A DNA stretch of 26,151 nucleotides from a virus (lineage: Duplodnaviria; Caudoviricetes), in the IMG/VR virus record IMGVR_UViG_3300037722_001348, positions 1 through 26,151 of that record. The stretch is one strand, 5' to 3'. The notes beneath the pieces are model-generated. The model searched no databases and had not been told where the DNA came from. It was given only the letters and a program-made list of their open reading frames with translations. Made by a program: the position numbers and the translations under genes. Below, piece by piece: positions 1 to 8,500 of the stretch. Positions within the stretch are counted from its first letter, which is position 1, and the number at the start of each line of letters is the position of its first letter.

Positions 1-115
1 CGCTGAGGCGTGCGGATTTCCGTTGCCACTCTCCAAAAGGAGACGAGACCCGACCTGCGTGCTGACGTATCTATATATAGAGCGAAGTTCAGCGGCTTCG
101 GTCTATTTGGCACAG

Positions 116-127
116 CCCCCCCCCCCC
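116..127. repeat. C12 homopolymer
   Basis: 12 consecutive C, intergenic, 22 bp upstream of the first promoter. Confidence 0.9.
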
Positions 128-149
128 GAAACTTTTCTGCAGAAAGGTG

Positions 150-178
150 TTGCCGGCGCAGGAGAGCCGTGATACTAT
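150..178 (+). promoter_or_regulatory. Sigma70-like promoter with extended -10
   Basis: TTGCCG-17 bp-TACTAT preceded by TGn; GGAGG RBS and ATG 196 follow. Confidence 0.65.
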
Positions 179-195
179 AGAGATGGAGGTGAGAG

Positions 196-432
196 ATGAA
201 GAAGCAAGCCAAGACGTTGAAGCGCGTGCAGAGCGAGAGTCGAGAGAACGTGTTCTACGAGATCCGGCTGGGGGCCGACGACAACATCTACTGCACGTGC
301 CCGGCCTGGAAGTTCCAGAGGAAGGGCGTCTTCGCCCGCAGCTGCAAGCATCTGGTTGCCTGGGCCAAGGAAGTCGGAGCGGCTCGGGCAGCGCGCGTTT
401 TTTCGGTTGACATCGATTCGATGGCGCGGTAG
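196..432 (+). CDS. Stand-alone SWIM zinc-finger protein (78 aa)
   Basis: YCTCPAWKFQ...SCKHL matches CxC-xn-CxH; GGAGG RBS. Confidence 0.85.
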   Translation: MKKQAKTLKRVQSESRENVFYEIRLGADDNIYCTCPAWKFQRKGVFARSCKHLVAWAKEVGAARAARVFSVDIDSMAR

Positions 433-435
433 AAT
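407..435 (+). promoter_or_regulatory. Near-consensus sigma70 promoter
   Basis: TTGACA (407-412)-17 bp-TAGAAT (430-435); T-tract just upstream. Confidence 0.8.
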
Positions 436-496
436 ATCAGTAGTGAGATTCGTTCGTCGTAAACAGGGCTGCGGCCCACAATCAGGAGACACGAAC

Positions 497-868
497 ATGA
501 CCGCACAGCAGATCGTCGCCAACGAGGGTTCGGGAATCGTTCAGACCGCTCAGCTGCTCCAGAAGCGTCGGGAGAATTGGAAGAAGACGCTCGACGCGGT
601 TCCCGCGAACAAGGGCAAGTCCGTGAAGTTCCCCTACGAGAGCCTCGCCGAGGGCGTGAAGGACGGCTTCAGCAAGCTGACTTCCGGGGACGAAGACGAG
701 CAGGATGGTAACGCCGTCGCGTTCGCGCTGCTCGTCAAGGGCTACAAGACGAAGATGTGGCGCAAGCTCGCCGAGAAGAACCGGGAGCTCCGCGACAACC
801 TGGCCGAGGGCGTCGAGCCGAAGAAGCGCGTGCGCAAGGTGAAGCCGGCGGCCGAGGCGACCTCGTAG
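497..868 (+). CDS. Hypothetical K/E-rich protein (123 aa)
   Basis: AGGAGA RBS before ATG 497 in the frame of track ORF 356-868; strong G/C third-position bias. Confidence 0.8.
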   Translation: MTAQQIVANEGSGIVQTAQLLQKRRENWKKTLDAVPANKGKSVKFPYESLAEGVKDGFSKLTSGDEDEQDGNAVAFALLVKGYKTKMWRKLAEKNRELRDNLAEGVEPKKRVRKVKPAAEATS

Positions 869-883
869 TTCGCATCCTGCACA

Positions 884-912
884 GGAAGGTGGAGCACGGC
901 GTTCCACCTTCC
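884..912 (+). terminator. Intergenic hairpin without U-tract (terminator or RNA-stabilising)
   Basis: GGAAGGTGGA / TCCACCTTCC 10-bp perfect stem. Confidence 0.5.
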
Positions 913-928
913 GATGGAGGATACGAAG

Positions 929-1081
929 ATGGTCACAGCACTACACGTTCACAACGACACCTACGCGCTCCGCGACTCCGAAGGCAACATGCTCGGCCTC
1001 TTCCGCGCGAGCACGATCCTAGGACGGTACGGTGACGACGTCATCTGGATCACGCGTCCCGTGATCTTCAATCCGATCTAG
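929..1081 (+). CDS. Small hypothetical protein (50 aa; not in ORF track)
   Basis: GGAGG RBS then MVTALHVHNDTYALRDSEGNMLGLFRASTILGRYGDDVIWITRPVIFNPI*. Confidence 0.65.
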   Translation: MVTALHVHNDTYALRDSEGNMLGLFRASTILGRYGDDVIWITRPVIFNPI

Positions 1082-1094
1082 GAGATAATGGACC

Positions 1095-1268
1095 ATGCGA
1101 AGAATCTGTGCTTGGTGTCGCACGCCGCAGGATGGCAAGCCTGCGCCAGCGCCCGGCGAGATCGTCTCTCACGGGATCTGTGAAACATGTCAGCGGAAGA
1201 TGGACGCGGAGATCGCTCTGCGACAGCACGCGGAGTATCTCCTCAGTCTGCTCGACCCGAGGGATTGA
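1095..1268 (+). CDS. Small Cys/His zinc-binding protein (57 aa; not in ORF track)
   Basis: MRRICAWCRTPQ...VSHGICETCQRK, i.e. a CAWC...SHGICxxC motif; GGAG upstream. Confidence 0.8.
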   Translation: MRRICAWCRTPQDGKPAPAPGEIVSHGICETCQRKMDAEIALRQHAEYLLSLLDPRD

Positions 1269-1270
1269 TT

Positions 1271-1444
1271 ATGGAGCAACAACAGCAGGAACTGTCCCAG
1301 CCCGACGAGAAAGAACTCCTTGAAGAGGCCGTCCGGATGATCCGGGGTGAGACCCGAAAGCTTCCGACGATTGACCACTTGACGGCGGTGTACCACGAGA
1401 TGCTGCGACTGCGTCATCTCGTTCCGAATCAAGAGGACCTGTGA
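1271..1444 (+). CDS. Small hypothetical helical protein (57 aa)
   Basis: ATG 1271 directly after the previous stop; stop overlaps the next GTG (GTGA). Confidence 0.65.
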   Translation: MEQQQQELSQPDEKELLEEAVRMIRGETRKLPTIDHLTAVYHEMLRLRHLVPNQEDL

Positions 1445-1605
1445 GCAGGCGAGGTGAAACCGGCGGTGCGAAGATCCAGATCAGCCTGACGCTGACGCTC
1501 GAGGAACTCGTGAAGGTCCAACGCTTGGCGGAGACCGAGAAACTCTCCCTCTCGAAGATCGTTCAGCGGCTGGTCTCCGACGGCCTGACCAAGACGAAGG
1601 GATAG
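1441..1605 (+). CDS. Ribbon-helix-helix (CopG/Arc-like) DNA-binding protein (54 aa; not in ORF track)
   Basis: KIQISLTL strand, then EELVKVQRLAETEKLS-LSKIVQRLVSDGL helices; GAGG RBS. Confidence 0.7.
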   Translation: MSRRGETGGAKIQISLTLTLEELVKVQRLAETEKLSLSKIVQRLVSDGLTKTKG

Positions 1606-1608
1606 CCG

Positions 1609-1637
1609 TTGCCTCCGACCCGCAGGTGTGCTATACT
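1609..1637 (+). promoter_or_regulatory. Sigma70-like promoter, probably producing a leaderless mRNA
   Basis: TTGCCT-17 bp-TATACT with TGn; ATG at 1644 lies 7 nt after the -10 with no RBS. Confidence 0.7.
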
Positions 1638-1643
1638 AGAAGT

Positions 1644-1820
1644 ATGACAAACACACCTGACGCCACAATCCGTTCTTGCTTCATCTGCGGCAAGGACAAA
1701 CCCACCTGCATTCGCAAATTCGCAATCCTCTACTACATCATGGAGGAACCCATCTGCGAAGAATGCTTCAACATCCCCTCCGACGAATGGAAAGAAGATC
1801 GTCCCTGGAAAGCTGAGTAG
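1644..1820 (+). CDS. Small CxxC...CxxC zinc-finger protein (58 aa)
   Basis: CFIC...CEEC; start reassigned from GTG 1626 to ATG 1644. Confidence 0.65.
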   Translation: MTNTPDATIRSCFICGKDKPTCIRKFAILYYIMEEPICEECFNIPSDEWKEDRPWKAE

Positions 1821-1852
1821 TTTCCCTCTATCCTACGTCCCCTCTTTGACAT

Positions 1853-1878
1853 CAACGATCAGGAACATCTGATCGTTG
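1853..1878. repeat. Perfect inverted repeat, operator candidate
   Basis: CAACGATCAG-gaacat-CTGATCGTTG; overlaps the -35 at 1876. Confidence 0.7.
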
Positions 1879-1904
1879 TCTGTCCTGACGTCTTCGTCTA
1901 TAAT
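1876..1904 (+). promoter_or_regulatory. Sigma70-like promoter heading the packaging/structural operon
   Basis: TTGTCT-17 bp-TATAAT. Confidence 0.65.
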
Positions 1905-1916
1905 GGATCTCACATC

Positions 1917-2324
1917 GTGCCTAGCACAGCGATCCAAGTTCCGTTGACGGCTCCCGCGTCGAGCGTTCGCTCGTTCGCGCAGGAGTCTGGACGGCAGTCC
2001 TTCCAGTACTTCGCGACGGCGATCCTCTCGCAGGCACTCCCTCAGAGCGTCTTCCTCGCGTTCGAGGAGGAACTCGGACGTCCTGTCACCGTGCGCGTGG
2101 CAAAGCATGAGCTACGTCGTGTGGTGCATGCCATTCTTCTCTGGGCTTCCATCCAGGAGGGCTCGAAGAGGCTTCGCATAGCGGTTCAGGGGATGGAGGT
2201 AGAACCTCCCATCCCATCCGAAGCAGTGCGGTGGCTGTACGGCAGCATCCGCATCGTGCGCCCGGTCATCTGGGCACCTGAGATCATCATCACCTGTGTT
2301 CCTCCGTCTGGAGCAGACGCATGA
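1917..2324 (+). CDS. Hypothetical protein (135 aa)
   Basis: Fills the gap after the promoter; stop overlaps the terS start (ATGA). Start uncertain. Confidence 0.6.
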   Translation: MPSTAIQVPLTAPASSVRSFAQESGRQSFQYFATAILSQALPQSVFLAFEEELGRPVTVRVAKHELRRVVHAILLWASIQEGSKRLRIAVQGMEVEPPIPSEAVRWLYGSIRIVRPVIWAPEIIITCVPPSGADA

Positions 2325-2770
2325 GCATTGTCGATCCGGATTTCAACGTTACGGATGGAAAGGTTACCCGTCCCGCAGAACGTGCAACGGGTCGCATCGG
2401 TCGGCCTCCCGGCGCCCCGAACAAGGCCAACGGCCTAGCCAAGCACTTCGCGCGGGAGATCGTGGAGTCTCCAGAGTACCGAGCCTCGCTCAAGAGCAGG
2501 GCGAAGTCCGGGACCCTTCCTCCGCAGGTCGAGACCATGCTCTGGGCGTACGCCTACGGCAAGCCCACGGAGAAGGTCGAGATCACAACTCCGCAGCATC
2601 AGGACATGTCTGAGATGTCGACTGAGGAGCTCGCGGAGCGTGCTGCGCTCATTGCATCCGTCCTGAAGGACACAGCGGACGCCCGCGCTGCGATGACTGC
2701 GGTGGAGGAATCCGGTCTTGCAGAGGCTTCGGCCTACAGCGAAGCCCCTTCGACCGAAACGACCCACTGA
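2321..2770 (+). CDS. terS: Terminase small subunit
   Basis: GRPPGAPNK and AYAYGKP...VEI motifs; immediately upstream of terL. Confidence 0.8.
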   Translation: MSIVDPDFNVTDGKVTRPAERATGRIGRPPGAPNKANGLAKHFAREIVESPEYRASLKSRAKSGTLPPQVETMLWAYAYGKPTEKVEITTPQHQDMSEMSTEELAERAALIASVLKDTADARAAMTAVEESGLAEASAYSEAPSTETTH

Positions 2771-2775
2771 GGATC

Positions 2776-4359
2776 ATGCCCGAAGCACCGGCTGCAGATG
2801 ATCTGGATCTTGAGGTAGCCCGACAGGAGCTGATCCGTCGGAGACTGTCCGAGGTCGAGGACGGAGCGGTCATTGAACTGGCTTCGATCCAGGCAGAGCT
2901 CGAGCGTCGGCGTTTCCTTGCGGACCCGGTTTACTGGGCTCAGAGGCGTCTCGGAGATACTCTTTGGTCGTCTCAATGCCGGATTATCGAATCCGTCCGA
3001 GACAACCGGCGCACTGCCGTTATCTCGTGTCACGAAATCGGGAAGTCCTTCATCGCCGCCCTTGCAGCGGGGTGGTGGCTGGATACGAATCCTCCCGGCA
3101 CCGCCTTCGTCGTCACGAGCGCTCCGTCCGGACCCCAGGTCAAGACCATCCTCTGGCGAGAGATCGGACGTGTGCACGCTCGGGGGCAGCTCCGTGGACG
3201 GGTCAACCAGACCGAATGGTACATGAGGATGCCCGCCGGGAATGAAGAGCAGGTTGCTATTGGCCGGAAGCCTGATGAATACGATCCAACCGCCTTTCAA
3301 GGCATCCACGCGCCCCGTGTCCTCGTGATCTTTGACGAGGCAAACGGCATCCGCGGTCCTCTGCACGAAGCCGCAGACAGCCTGATTGCAAACGACTTCG
3401 GCAAGTTCCTCATGATCAGCAACCCGGACGATCCGTCCGGAGAATTCTTCGAAGCCTGCAAGCCCGGCTCTGGCTGGGCAGTCCACAGCATCTCTGCCTT
3501 CGACAGCCCGAACTTCACCGGAGAGGAACTCCCCGAACGCATCAAGCAGCAGCTGATCGGACGCGTCTATGTCGAAGAGAAGCGGAAGAAGTGGGCTCCT
3601 CATTGGACCTGGACTCCGGATGGATCCCGATGTGTTCCTCCGGCTGATTCAGGTGAGAGTACCTCCACCACCAACCCCTACTGGACCTCGAAGATCCTCG
3701 GGCAGTTCCCGGAGAACTCAACCGACGGTGGCCTCCTCCCCGTCTCCTGGGTGAAGGCAGCGCAGCTCCGTCAGCTGACAGTCACCGCGGAAACCGCCAC
3801 GGGTGAACTCGGTCTGGACGTTGGTGGTGGAGGTGACACCTCCGTCGGCTGCGTGAATCGAGGAGGCATCTGCCGAATTCTCTGGGAGGACCGAAACCCA
3901 GACACGATGGCGACGTGCGGACGAATGCTCGGGTACCTCGACGGTCCAACCAACGCGAACATCCGTCTTGCGAAGGTAGACGAAATCGGCATCGGTCGAG
4001 GCGTCGTCAATCGCGCCCACGAGCTGAAGAAGCCTGTCTTCGGCGTGAACGTCGGAGCGAAGGCTCGAGACCCAAAGCACTTCGTGAATCTCCGTGCAGA
4101 GCTCTGGTGGCACGTCCGAACGCTCTTTGAGCAGGCTCTGATCGACATCGATCCCGGAGATGAGGACCTCGCGTCAGAACTCCTCAGCATCCGCTTCACG
4201 CGGATCTCCGGTGGGAAGATCCAGATCGAGTCGAAGAAGGAGGCGAAGGCCCGTGGAGTCCCCTCCCCGAACCGTGCCGACGCTCTGATGCTAGCATGTG
4301 CACCTCTCGCTATGATCGGTTCACAGGAAGTCCAAGTACGAGAGGCTGTCTGGGGATGA
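2776..4359 (+). CDS. terL: Terminase large subunit
   Basis: Walker A-like SCHEIGKS, Walker B VIFDEA, ISNP coupling motif, nuclease GLDVG...VDEIGIG...SPNRADA. Confidence 0.95.
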   Translation: MPEAPAADDLDLEVARQELIRRRLSEVEDGAVIELASIQAELERRRFLADPVYWAQRRLGDTLWSSQCRIIESVRDNRRTAVISCHEIGKSFIAALAAGWWLDTNPPGTAFVVTSAPSGPQVKTILWREIGRVHARGQLRGRVNQTEWYMRMPAGNEEQVAIGRKPDEYDPTAFQGIHAPRVLVIFDEANGIRGPLHEAADSLIANDFGKFLMISNPDDPSGEFFEACKPGSGWAVHSISAFDSPNFTGEELPERIKQQLIGRVYVEEKRKKWAPHWTWTPDGSRCVPPADSGESTSTTNPYWTSKILGQFPENSTDGGLLPVSWVKAAQLRQLTVTAETATGELGLDVGGGGDTSVGCVNRGGICRILWEDRNPDTMATCGRMLGYLDGPTNANIRLAKVDEIGIGRGVVNRAHELKKPVFGVNVGAKARDPKHFVNLRAELWWHVRTLFEQALIDIDPGDEDLASELLSIRFTRISGGKIQIESKKEAKARGVPSPNRADALMLACAPLAMIGSQEVQVREAVWG

Positions 4360-4365
4360 CCTTCC

Positions 4366-5781
4366 ATGTCCGTTAACGTCCGTCGGAAAGACTACGAAGA
4401 CATCCTGTCAAAGTGGCAGCGTCTGCGTGACTGCTACGACGGCCGGGACGCGGTGCTTGCTCGCGGGTCGGTCTACGTCCCAGAACTTCCGGGTGTTGAT
4501 GCTGTTGGAAACCAATCCTATCGACGCCGCGGGAACTTCTACAACGCAGTCAAGCGGACGGTCCACGGGCTCGTCGGAGCGATCTTCCAGAAGGCTCCCG
4601 TCGTCACGATTCCAGAAGAACTGAAATCCTTCCTGAAAGACGTTACCCTCACGAACGTGACGTTCGAGATGTTCTCGCTGGAAGCAGGCCGTGAAACAAT
4701 GTTGCTCGGCCGCTACGGCGTGCTTGTGGACATGTCCACAATCGAAGCGACGAACAACCAGCCGTATCTCTGCGGGTACAACGGCGAAGACATCATCAAC
4801 TGGCGGACCACTCGCATCGGTGGGGACGAGACCCTCACACTCGTGGTCCTCCGTGAACGTGTTCAGGTTCCGAAAGATGGGGACCTCTTCGAAAGTACGA
4901 CGCTCATTCAATACCGCTCCTGCGAGCTGCGCCTTGGCATCTACGTGCAGCAGCTCTGGCGGGAGAAGGACGGGAAGTGGGTCGAGTTCGGAGACCTCAT
5001 CATTCCGATGCGACGGGGAACTCCACTGAACTTCATCCCGTTCACGTTCATCGGCGCGAACAGCGCGACGGCCGACCTTGCGGATCCGCCACTGCTGGAT
5101 CTGGCTGACGTGAATCTTGCCCATTGGCGGAACTCCGTCGACCACGAATACGGGCTGCACCTCGTTGCTCTCCCTACTCCGTGGGTCTCTGGAGCGAAGA
5201 ACCCGACTGGTGACAGCAAGATGAAGATCGGGCCGTCGGTTGTCTGGGAACTGGACATCCAGGGCGAGGCAGGCATGCTCGAGTTCACCGGCTCCGGCCT
5301 CTCCTCGATCCTCACGGCGATGGAGGAGAAGAAGAAGCAGATGGCGGTGATCGGAGCCAGGATGCTTGAGGATTCTCCTTCCGTTGCAGAGACAGCAACC
5401 GCCGTATTCCTCCGGCATGGTGGCGAACGAGCCTCGCTCCGAACCGTTGCCCATGCTGTGGAACAGGCACTCACACTGACGCTCAAGCACGCAGTGTGGT
5501 GGGCCTCCGGGACCTTGGAGAAGCCCACTGACGCTCCGACAGGCGTCGAGCTGAACAAGGAATACTTCACTCCGAAGGCAACTGCCTCCGAACTCGTCGC
5601 TGCCCTGCAGGCTCTTCAGGCCGGCCGAATCAGCTTCGAGACCTGGTGGAACATCCTGGAGACCGGAGGATGGACCCCCGAAGGAGTCACATCCGCCGAC
5701 GAGCTGGAGCGCATCGCGAAGTTGCAGCAACCACCACCGGCTGGCGGACCGGCTCCGCAACCTGCAGGTGCTGCTACGTAG
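4366..5781 (+). CDS. Portal protein (DUF4055-like)
   Basis: 471 aa after terL; FYNAVKRTV.GLVG, EDIINW, PPLLDLA.VNLAHW.NS.D and ETAT motifs. Confidence 0.88.
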   Translation: MSVNVRRKDYEDILSKWQRLRDCYDGRDAVLARGSVYVPELPGVDAVGNQSYRRRGNFYNAVKRTVHGLVGAIFQKAPVVTIPEELKSFLKDVTLTNVTFEMFSLEAGRETMLLGRYGVLVDMSTIEATNNQPYLCGYNGEDIINWRTTRIGGDETLTLVVLRERVQVPKDGDLFESTTLIQYRSCELRLGIYVQQLWREKDGKWVEFGDLIIPMRRGTPLNFIPFTFIGANSATADLADPPLLDLADVNLAHWRNSVDHEYGLHLVALPTPWVSGAKNPTGDSKMKIGPSVVWELDIQGEAGMLEFTGSGLSSILTAMEEKKKQMAVIGARMLEDSPSVAETATAVFLRHGGERASLRTVAHAVEQALTLTLKHAVWWASGTLEKPTDAPTGVELNKEYFTPKATASELVAALQALQAGRISFETWWNILETGGWTPEGVTSADELERIAKLQQPPPAGGPAPQPAGAAT

Positions 5782-5791
5782 GAGACATCCC

Positions 5792-6031
5792 ATGCCGCTT
5801 GAGATTGTTGGAGAGAAGCGTGACGCCCCTCCACCCGTTGTGGAGATCCGGATCGCCATGGACGGTGGGGGGAACGTTTCCATCACAGGACCGCTCGAGA
5901 ACAAGATCCTGATGTATGGCCTTCTCGAAACCGCGAAGGAGATCGTGCAAGGGCATTCCACTGCCGCACGCGAGGAGCGTCGCATTCAGCTCGCTCCCGG
6001 TGCGATGGCCGCAGCTCTGAGGAAGCAGTGA
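5792..6031 (+). CDS. Hypothetical protein (79 aa)
   Basis: AGGAG RBS before ATG 5792; GTGA overlap with the next gene. Confidence 0.7.
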   Translation: MPLEIVGEKRDAPPPVVEIRIAMDGGGNVSITGPLENKILMYGLLETAKEIVQGHSTAAREERRIQLAPGAMAAALRKQ

Positions 6032-6372
6032 CCGACCTGAAAGCGACGCTTCGTCCGACCCGTCAGCTCACAGCAAAGCTCAGAGCGAGCTCTCCTCCTG
6101 CGCATCAAGGACACCAAGAGCGGATGAGACGGCTACGACTCCGTGCGAAGAGCGTGCTCGACTCGAAGGACCCGGACACGATCAACGCAGGACAGAAGAT
6201 CATCGACGCTGTCCGTGACACGTCGAATCCTGCCTACGCATCACTCGTACTCATGTGCTCCGCACTGGACGTCGCAGACCAGACCGGAGAGAAGTGGCAC
6301 ATCTGCGCCGAAATCGTCCTGGCGGAAGCCTTGCGGAAAGGCGCCGCCATGCCCGATCAGTCCACCAGCTGA
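6028..6372 (+). CDS. Hypothetical protein (114 aa)
   Basis: Translationally coupled to the upstream gene; fills the gap to the scaffold gene. Confidence 0.6.
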   Translation: MTDLKATLRPTRQLTAKLRASSPPAHQGHQERMRRLRLRAKSVLDSKDPDTINAGQKIIDAVRDTSNPAYASLVLMCSALDVADQTGEKWHICAEIVLAEALRKGAAMPDQSTS

Positions 6373-6383
6373 AAGGAAGAGAA

Positions 6384-7208
6384 ATGCCAGCCCTAGCACC
6401 GATCATCGAGACTCTTGACAAAGTCGCGGAGCCACTCCGGCAGTTCTACGAGCAGAAGGAGGGGAAGTTTCACCTGATCCTGGAAGGGGCTCCTCCCGGC
6501 TTCGTGACGGTCACCGACCACAACGCGGCGAATGCGAAGGTCGTTGAGTTCCGTGACAACAACGTCAAGCTTCTGAAGGAAGTCGAGGAACTGCGTCCCC
6601 TGAAGACGAAGTTCGAAGGGCTTGACCCCGAGGCCGCGAAGACGGCAATCGCCGAGCTCGCGGAGCTCAAGAAGAAGGGCGTGACCAAGCCCGACGACGT
6701 CACCGCAGTGATTCAGACGGCAGTCGACGCAGCAATCAAGCCCCTGAAGGATCAGCTCGTCGCGTCGCAGACAGCGGCTGAGGCTGACCGGAAGCGTGCA
6801 GACGAAGGAACCCTCCGCTCCGTGATCGGGGAGAAGTTCCTGAAAGCCGGAGGCAAGGCCAAAGCCCTTGACTACATCATCGCACAGGCGGGTGGGGTCT
6901 TCTCCGTTGAGAACGGATCGGTCAAGGCCGCGCCGAACAAATTCAGCACGGTGAAAGCCGGAGAGGCCCTCTCCGTTGAAGAGTGGATCGGGAGCCTCGC
7001 GAAGGAACACGACTTCGCCTTCGAACCATCTCGGGGAGGTGGTGCGCCGCCAACCGGTGGTGGGCCCGGAGGCCCAACTCTCAAGGCCGGGCAGACCATT
7101 CTCAAGAATCCGACTCCGCAGCAGCTCGGTGAGCATGCGAAGGACATCAAGGACGGGAAGTATCTCGTGCAGTACGACGACCCGGCAACGGCCGGCGCGG
7201 CAACATAG
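6384..7208 (+). CDS. Capsid scaffolding protein (274 aa)
   Basis: LDKVAEPLRQFYEQKEGKFHL N-terminus, coiled coil, F..SRGGGA near the C-terminus; precedes the capsid gene. Start reassigned to ATG 6384. Confidence 0.82.
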   Translation: MPALAPIIETLDKVAEPLRQFYEQKEGKFHLILEGAPPGFVTVTDHNAANAKVVEFRDNNVKLLKEVEELRPLKTKFEGLDPEAAKTAIAELAELKKKGVTKPDDVTAVIQTAVDAAIKPLKDQLVASQTAAEADRKRADEGTLRSVIGEKFLKAGGKAKALDYIIAQAGGVFSVENGSVKAAPNKFSTVKAGEALSVEEWIGSLAKEHDFAFEPSRGGGAPPTGGGPGGPTLKAGQTILKNPTPQQLGEHAKDIKDGKYLVQYDDPATAGAAT

Positions 7209-7225
7209 TTCGTAGAAAAGGTCAG

Positions 7226-7324
7226 GGGAGGGTAGGAGCGGCGCTCCTCCCTCTCGGCAACGCGTCGGAGACGCTGCGCCCGGCTTCGGTGAAGTCGCTT
7301 TGGTGGACATGACCCGTGTCATCA
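7226..7324 (+). promoter_or_regulatory. Multi-hairpin leader of the major capsid gene
   Basis: Four consecutive stems (7226-7255, 7257-7277, 7281-7297, 7301-7324) ending just before the AGGAG RBS. Confidence 0.5.
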
Positions 7325-7337
7325 AGGAGATTTCACA

Positions 7338-8486
7338 ATGGCAGGAGCGCTCGTTACCACAAACATCCTAGGGACCGTAGTCGCGATGGGGCTCGCAACC
7401 CTGCGTGAGCGGCTCGCCCTGGTGATGATCTCGAACCGCGAGTACGAGCGGGAGATCACAGCAGCGAAGCGGTTTGCGACCGTCAACGTTGCTGTTCCCG
7501 CGGAAGTCGCGACTCGCGCAGTCACCCCGGACGTCGTCCCACCGGCGGTCTCGGCCGTCACCCCGACCAGCATCCCGGTCACCCTCAGCGAGTGGCAGGA
7601 AGCGCCGTTCGCGATGGACGACAAGGGCCTGTCCCAGGTCGATCGAGGTATCCTCCCAATGCAGGCGAACGAGGCGGTCAAGGGCCTCGCGAACTTCGTC
7701 GAGGACTTCCTCTGGGGCAAGCTCGGACCTGCGGTCTACGGGTTCGCAGGGACTGCTGGGCAGACCCCATTCGCGACGGATCTCTCCGCGTATCTCTCCG
7801 CCCGTTCCATCGGCAACAGTCAGCTGATGGACATGGAGCCCCGCTTCGTGGTGCTCAACACCGACGCGGAAGCAAACGCGCTCGGCCTGCGCGCATTCCA
7901 GGATGCGTCCTTCGGCGGGGGAGCGGACGTGATCATCAACGGCCAGATCGGTCGGAAGCTGGGAGCCCTCTGGCTGATGTCCCAGCGAGTCCCCTCGCAC
8001 GTCGCAGGCACGGCCGTCGGTGCGACGACGGATTCAGCCGGCTACGCTCTCGGCGTGAAGACCGTGACGCTCGCGTCGGCAGGCACCGGTTCGATCCTCA
8101 TCAACGACATCATCACGTTCAACGGTCACGCTCAGACGTACGTCGTCACGTCGGGCGACGCATCTGTGGCCGGTGGCGGGGCGATCTCGTTCGAGCCGGG
8201 GCTGAAGGCCGTTCTTCCGGGATCCCCCGTCGCGATCACGCTGAAGGCGTCGTTCGTGAAGAACCTCCTGATCCATCGCGATCTGCTCGCATTCGCGATG
8301 GCTCCGCTCATGGACACCGTCCAGGTGCCCGGAGCGACTCTCCAGGCAGTCGCCATTGATGAGGTCTCCGGCCTCTCCCTGCGACTGGAGGTCACCAGGC
8401 AGCATCGTCAGGTTCAGTGGGCGTTCGACGCTCTCTTCGGAGCGTCTGCGATCCGACTGACCCACGGCGTCTGGATCGCCGGGTAG
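7338..8486 (+). CDS. Major capsid protein, P22 coat protein-like with insertion domain
   Basis: 382 aa after the scaffold; NREYE, GQIGRKLG..WLMSQ.VP.H.AGT, HRD..AFA.APL and FD.LFG motifs. Confidence 0.9.
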   Translation: MAGALVTTNILGTVVAMGLATLRERLALVMISNREYEREITAAKRFATVNVAVPAEVATRAVTPDVVPPAVSAVTPTSIPVTLSEWQEAPFAMDDKGLSQVDRGILPMQANEAVKGLANFVEDFLWGKLGPAVYGFAGTAGQTPFATDLSAYLSARSIGNSQLMDMEPRFVVLNTDAEANALGLRAFQDASFGGGADVIINGQIGRKLGALWLMSQRVPSHVAGTAVGATTDSAGYALGVKTVTLASAGTGSILINDIITFNGHAQTYVVTSGDASVAGGGAISFEPGLKAVLPGSPVAITLKASFVKNLLIHRDLLAFAMAPLMDTVQVPGATLQAVAIDEVSGLSLRLEVTRQHRQVQWAFDALFGASAIRLTHGVWIAG

Positions 8487-8500
8487 TTCGTTGCGCTGAT

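Noticed and set aside
3590-3680. Apparent ~25-30 aa insertion in TerL, and the SPN-for-SPD variant near its C-terminus
   Set aside because: Too short for an intein and lacks splicing motifs; other nuclease acidic residues are retained, so likely ordinary variation.
4408-5985. 525-aa minus-strand ORF and other long antisense ORFs (6393-7325, 14424-15377, 16869-17813, 22980-24203)
   Set aside because: Shadow frames of strongly codon-biased GC-rich + strand genes; no motifs or RBS.
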